A stretch of DNA of 64,000 nt. Source: an uncultured Gemmatimonadales bacterium. GTDB lineage: Bacteria; Gemmatimonadota; Gemmatimonadetes; Gemmatimonadales; Gemmatimonadaceae. Positions 63,632-64,000 of this stretch are shown here, piece by piece (the first letter of the stretch is position 1; every line of letters begins with the position of its first letter). The notes below the pieces were generated by a model. It was not told the origin of the DNA. It did not search any database and saw nothing but the letters and a program-made list of their open reading frames with translations. The stretch is taken from the NCBI GenBank assembly GCA_963793305.1, contig CAWBZV010000005.1:576001-640000 (forward strand), in the 5' to 3' direction. The position numbers were made by a program, and so were the translations under genes.

Positions 63632-64000
63632 CGCCGAGTGGCTGGAGACGGACGGACTCGGCGGATTCGCCATGGGCCCCGTCATTGGTCCACGCACGCG
63701 TAGGTATCACGGGCTTCTCGTGTGTGCTCGCCAGCCCCCCGCCGATCGAGTGATGCTCGTCAACGGATTCGAGGCCTGGGCCGTGACGCCCTACGGCCGT
63801 TGGCCACTGTCAGCCCAGCGCTACACGCCGGACGTGACAGTACCGGCTGACACGCCTTTCGCTGTGGGGTTCACGCACGAGCCGTGGCCGACGTGGACGT
63901 ATCAGCTCCCTGACGGCACGACGATCGTGCACGAGCTGGTGGTGCCGTACGGCGCGCCCGCCGTCTGCCTGTCCTGGCGCGCGACCGTCACGCGTCCCGG
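63621..64000 (+). CDS. Amylo-alpha-1,6-glucosidase (glycogen debranching), 5' part only
   Basis: Translated by hand: MRPDAEWLETDGLGGFAMG...RTRRYHGLL; runs off the window. Confidence 0.85.
   Translation, partial: MRPDAEWLETDGLGGFAMGPVIGPRTRRYHGLLVCARQPPADRVMLVNGFEAWAVTPYGRWPLSAQRYTPDVTVPADTPFAVGFTHEPWPTWTYQLPDGTTIVHELVVPYGAPAVCLSWRATVTRP

Overview
High-GC bacterial chromosome segment, probably Gemmatimonadota (inferred from a PadR/ADOP permease pair, high-GC SusC/SusD and lipoprotein types). Three zones. (1) 1-37 kb: secreted hydrolases and peptidases, a SusC/SusD pair and regulators. An 18-bp motif (consensus GTTGSRTTCGTTCWAGAC) occurs 12 times, usually 17-19 bp before a -10 hexamer, and suggests one AraC-type regulon. 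(2) ~37-53.6 kb: a more AT-rich island at the 3' end of a minus-strand tRNA-Pro(GGG), built from tandem copies of a small integrative mobilisable element (IME: tyrosine integrase, Xis, MOBP relaxase, MobC, Ner-like regulator, conserved hairpin blocks). One copy is intact, one is cargo-only and one is internally deleted. Cargo is mostly toxin-antitoxin or defence-like: DUF4258/DUF2283, TIR, RHH+RES, an AbiE-like pair, a truncated FtsK, and an unnamed 2TM + beta-sandwich + PD-(D/E)xK operon. (3) 53.6-64 kb: AraC regulators, cyclophilin, bluB, a sugar dehydrogenase, DoxX and an alpha-glucan operon. About 12 single-base frameshifts are probably long-read errors; all insertion-type ones fall at GAAYG. 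All family calls come from recognising motifs by eye, not from database searches.
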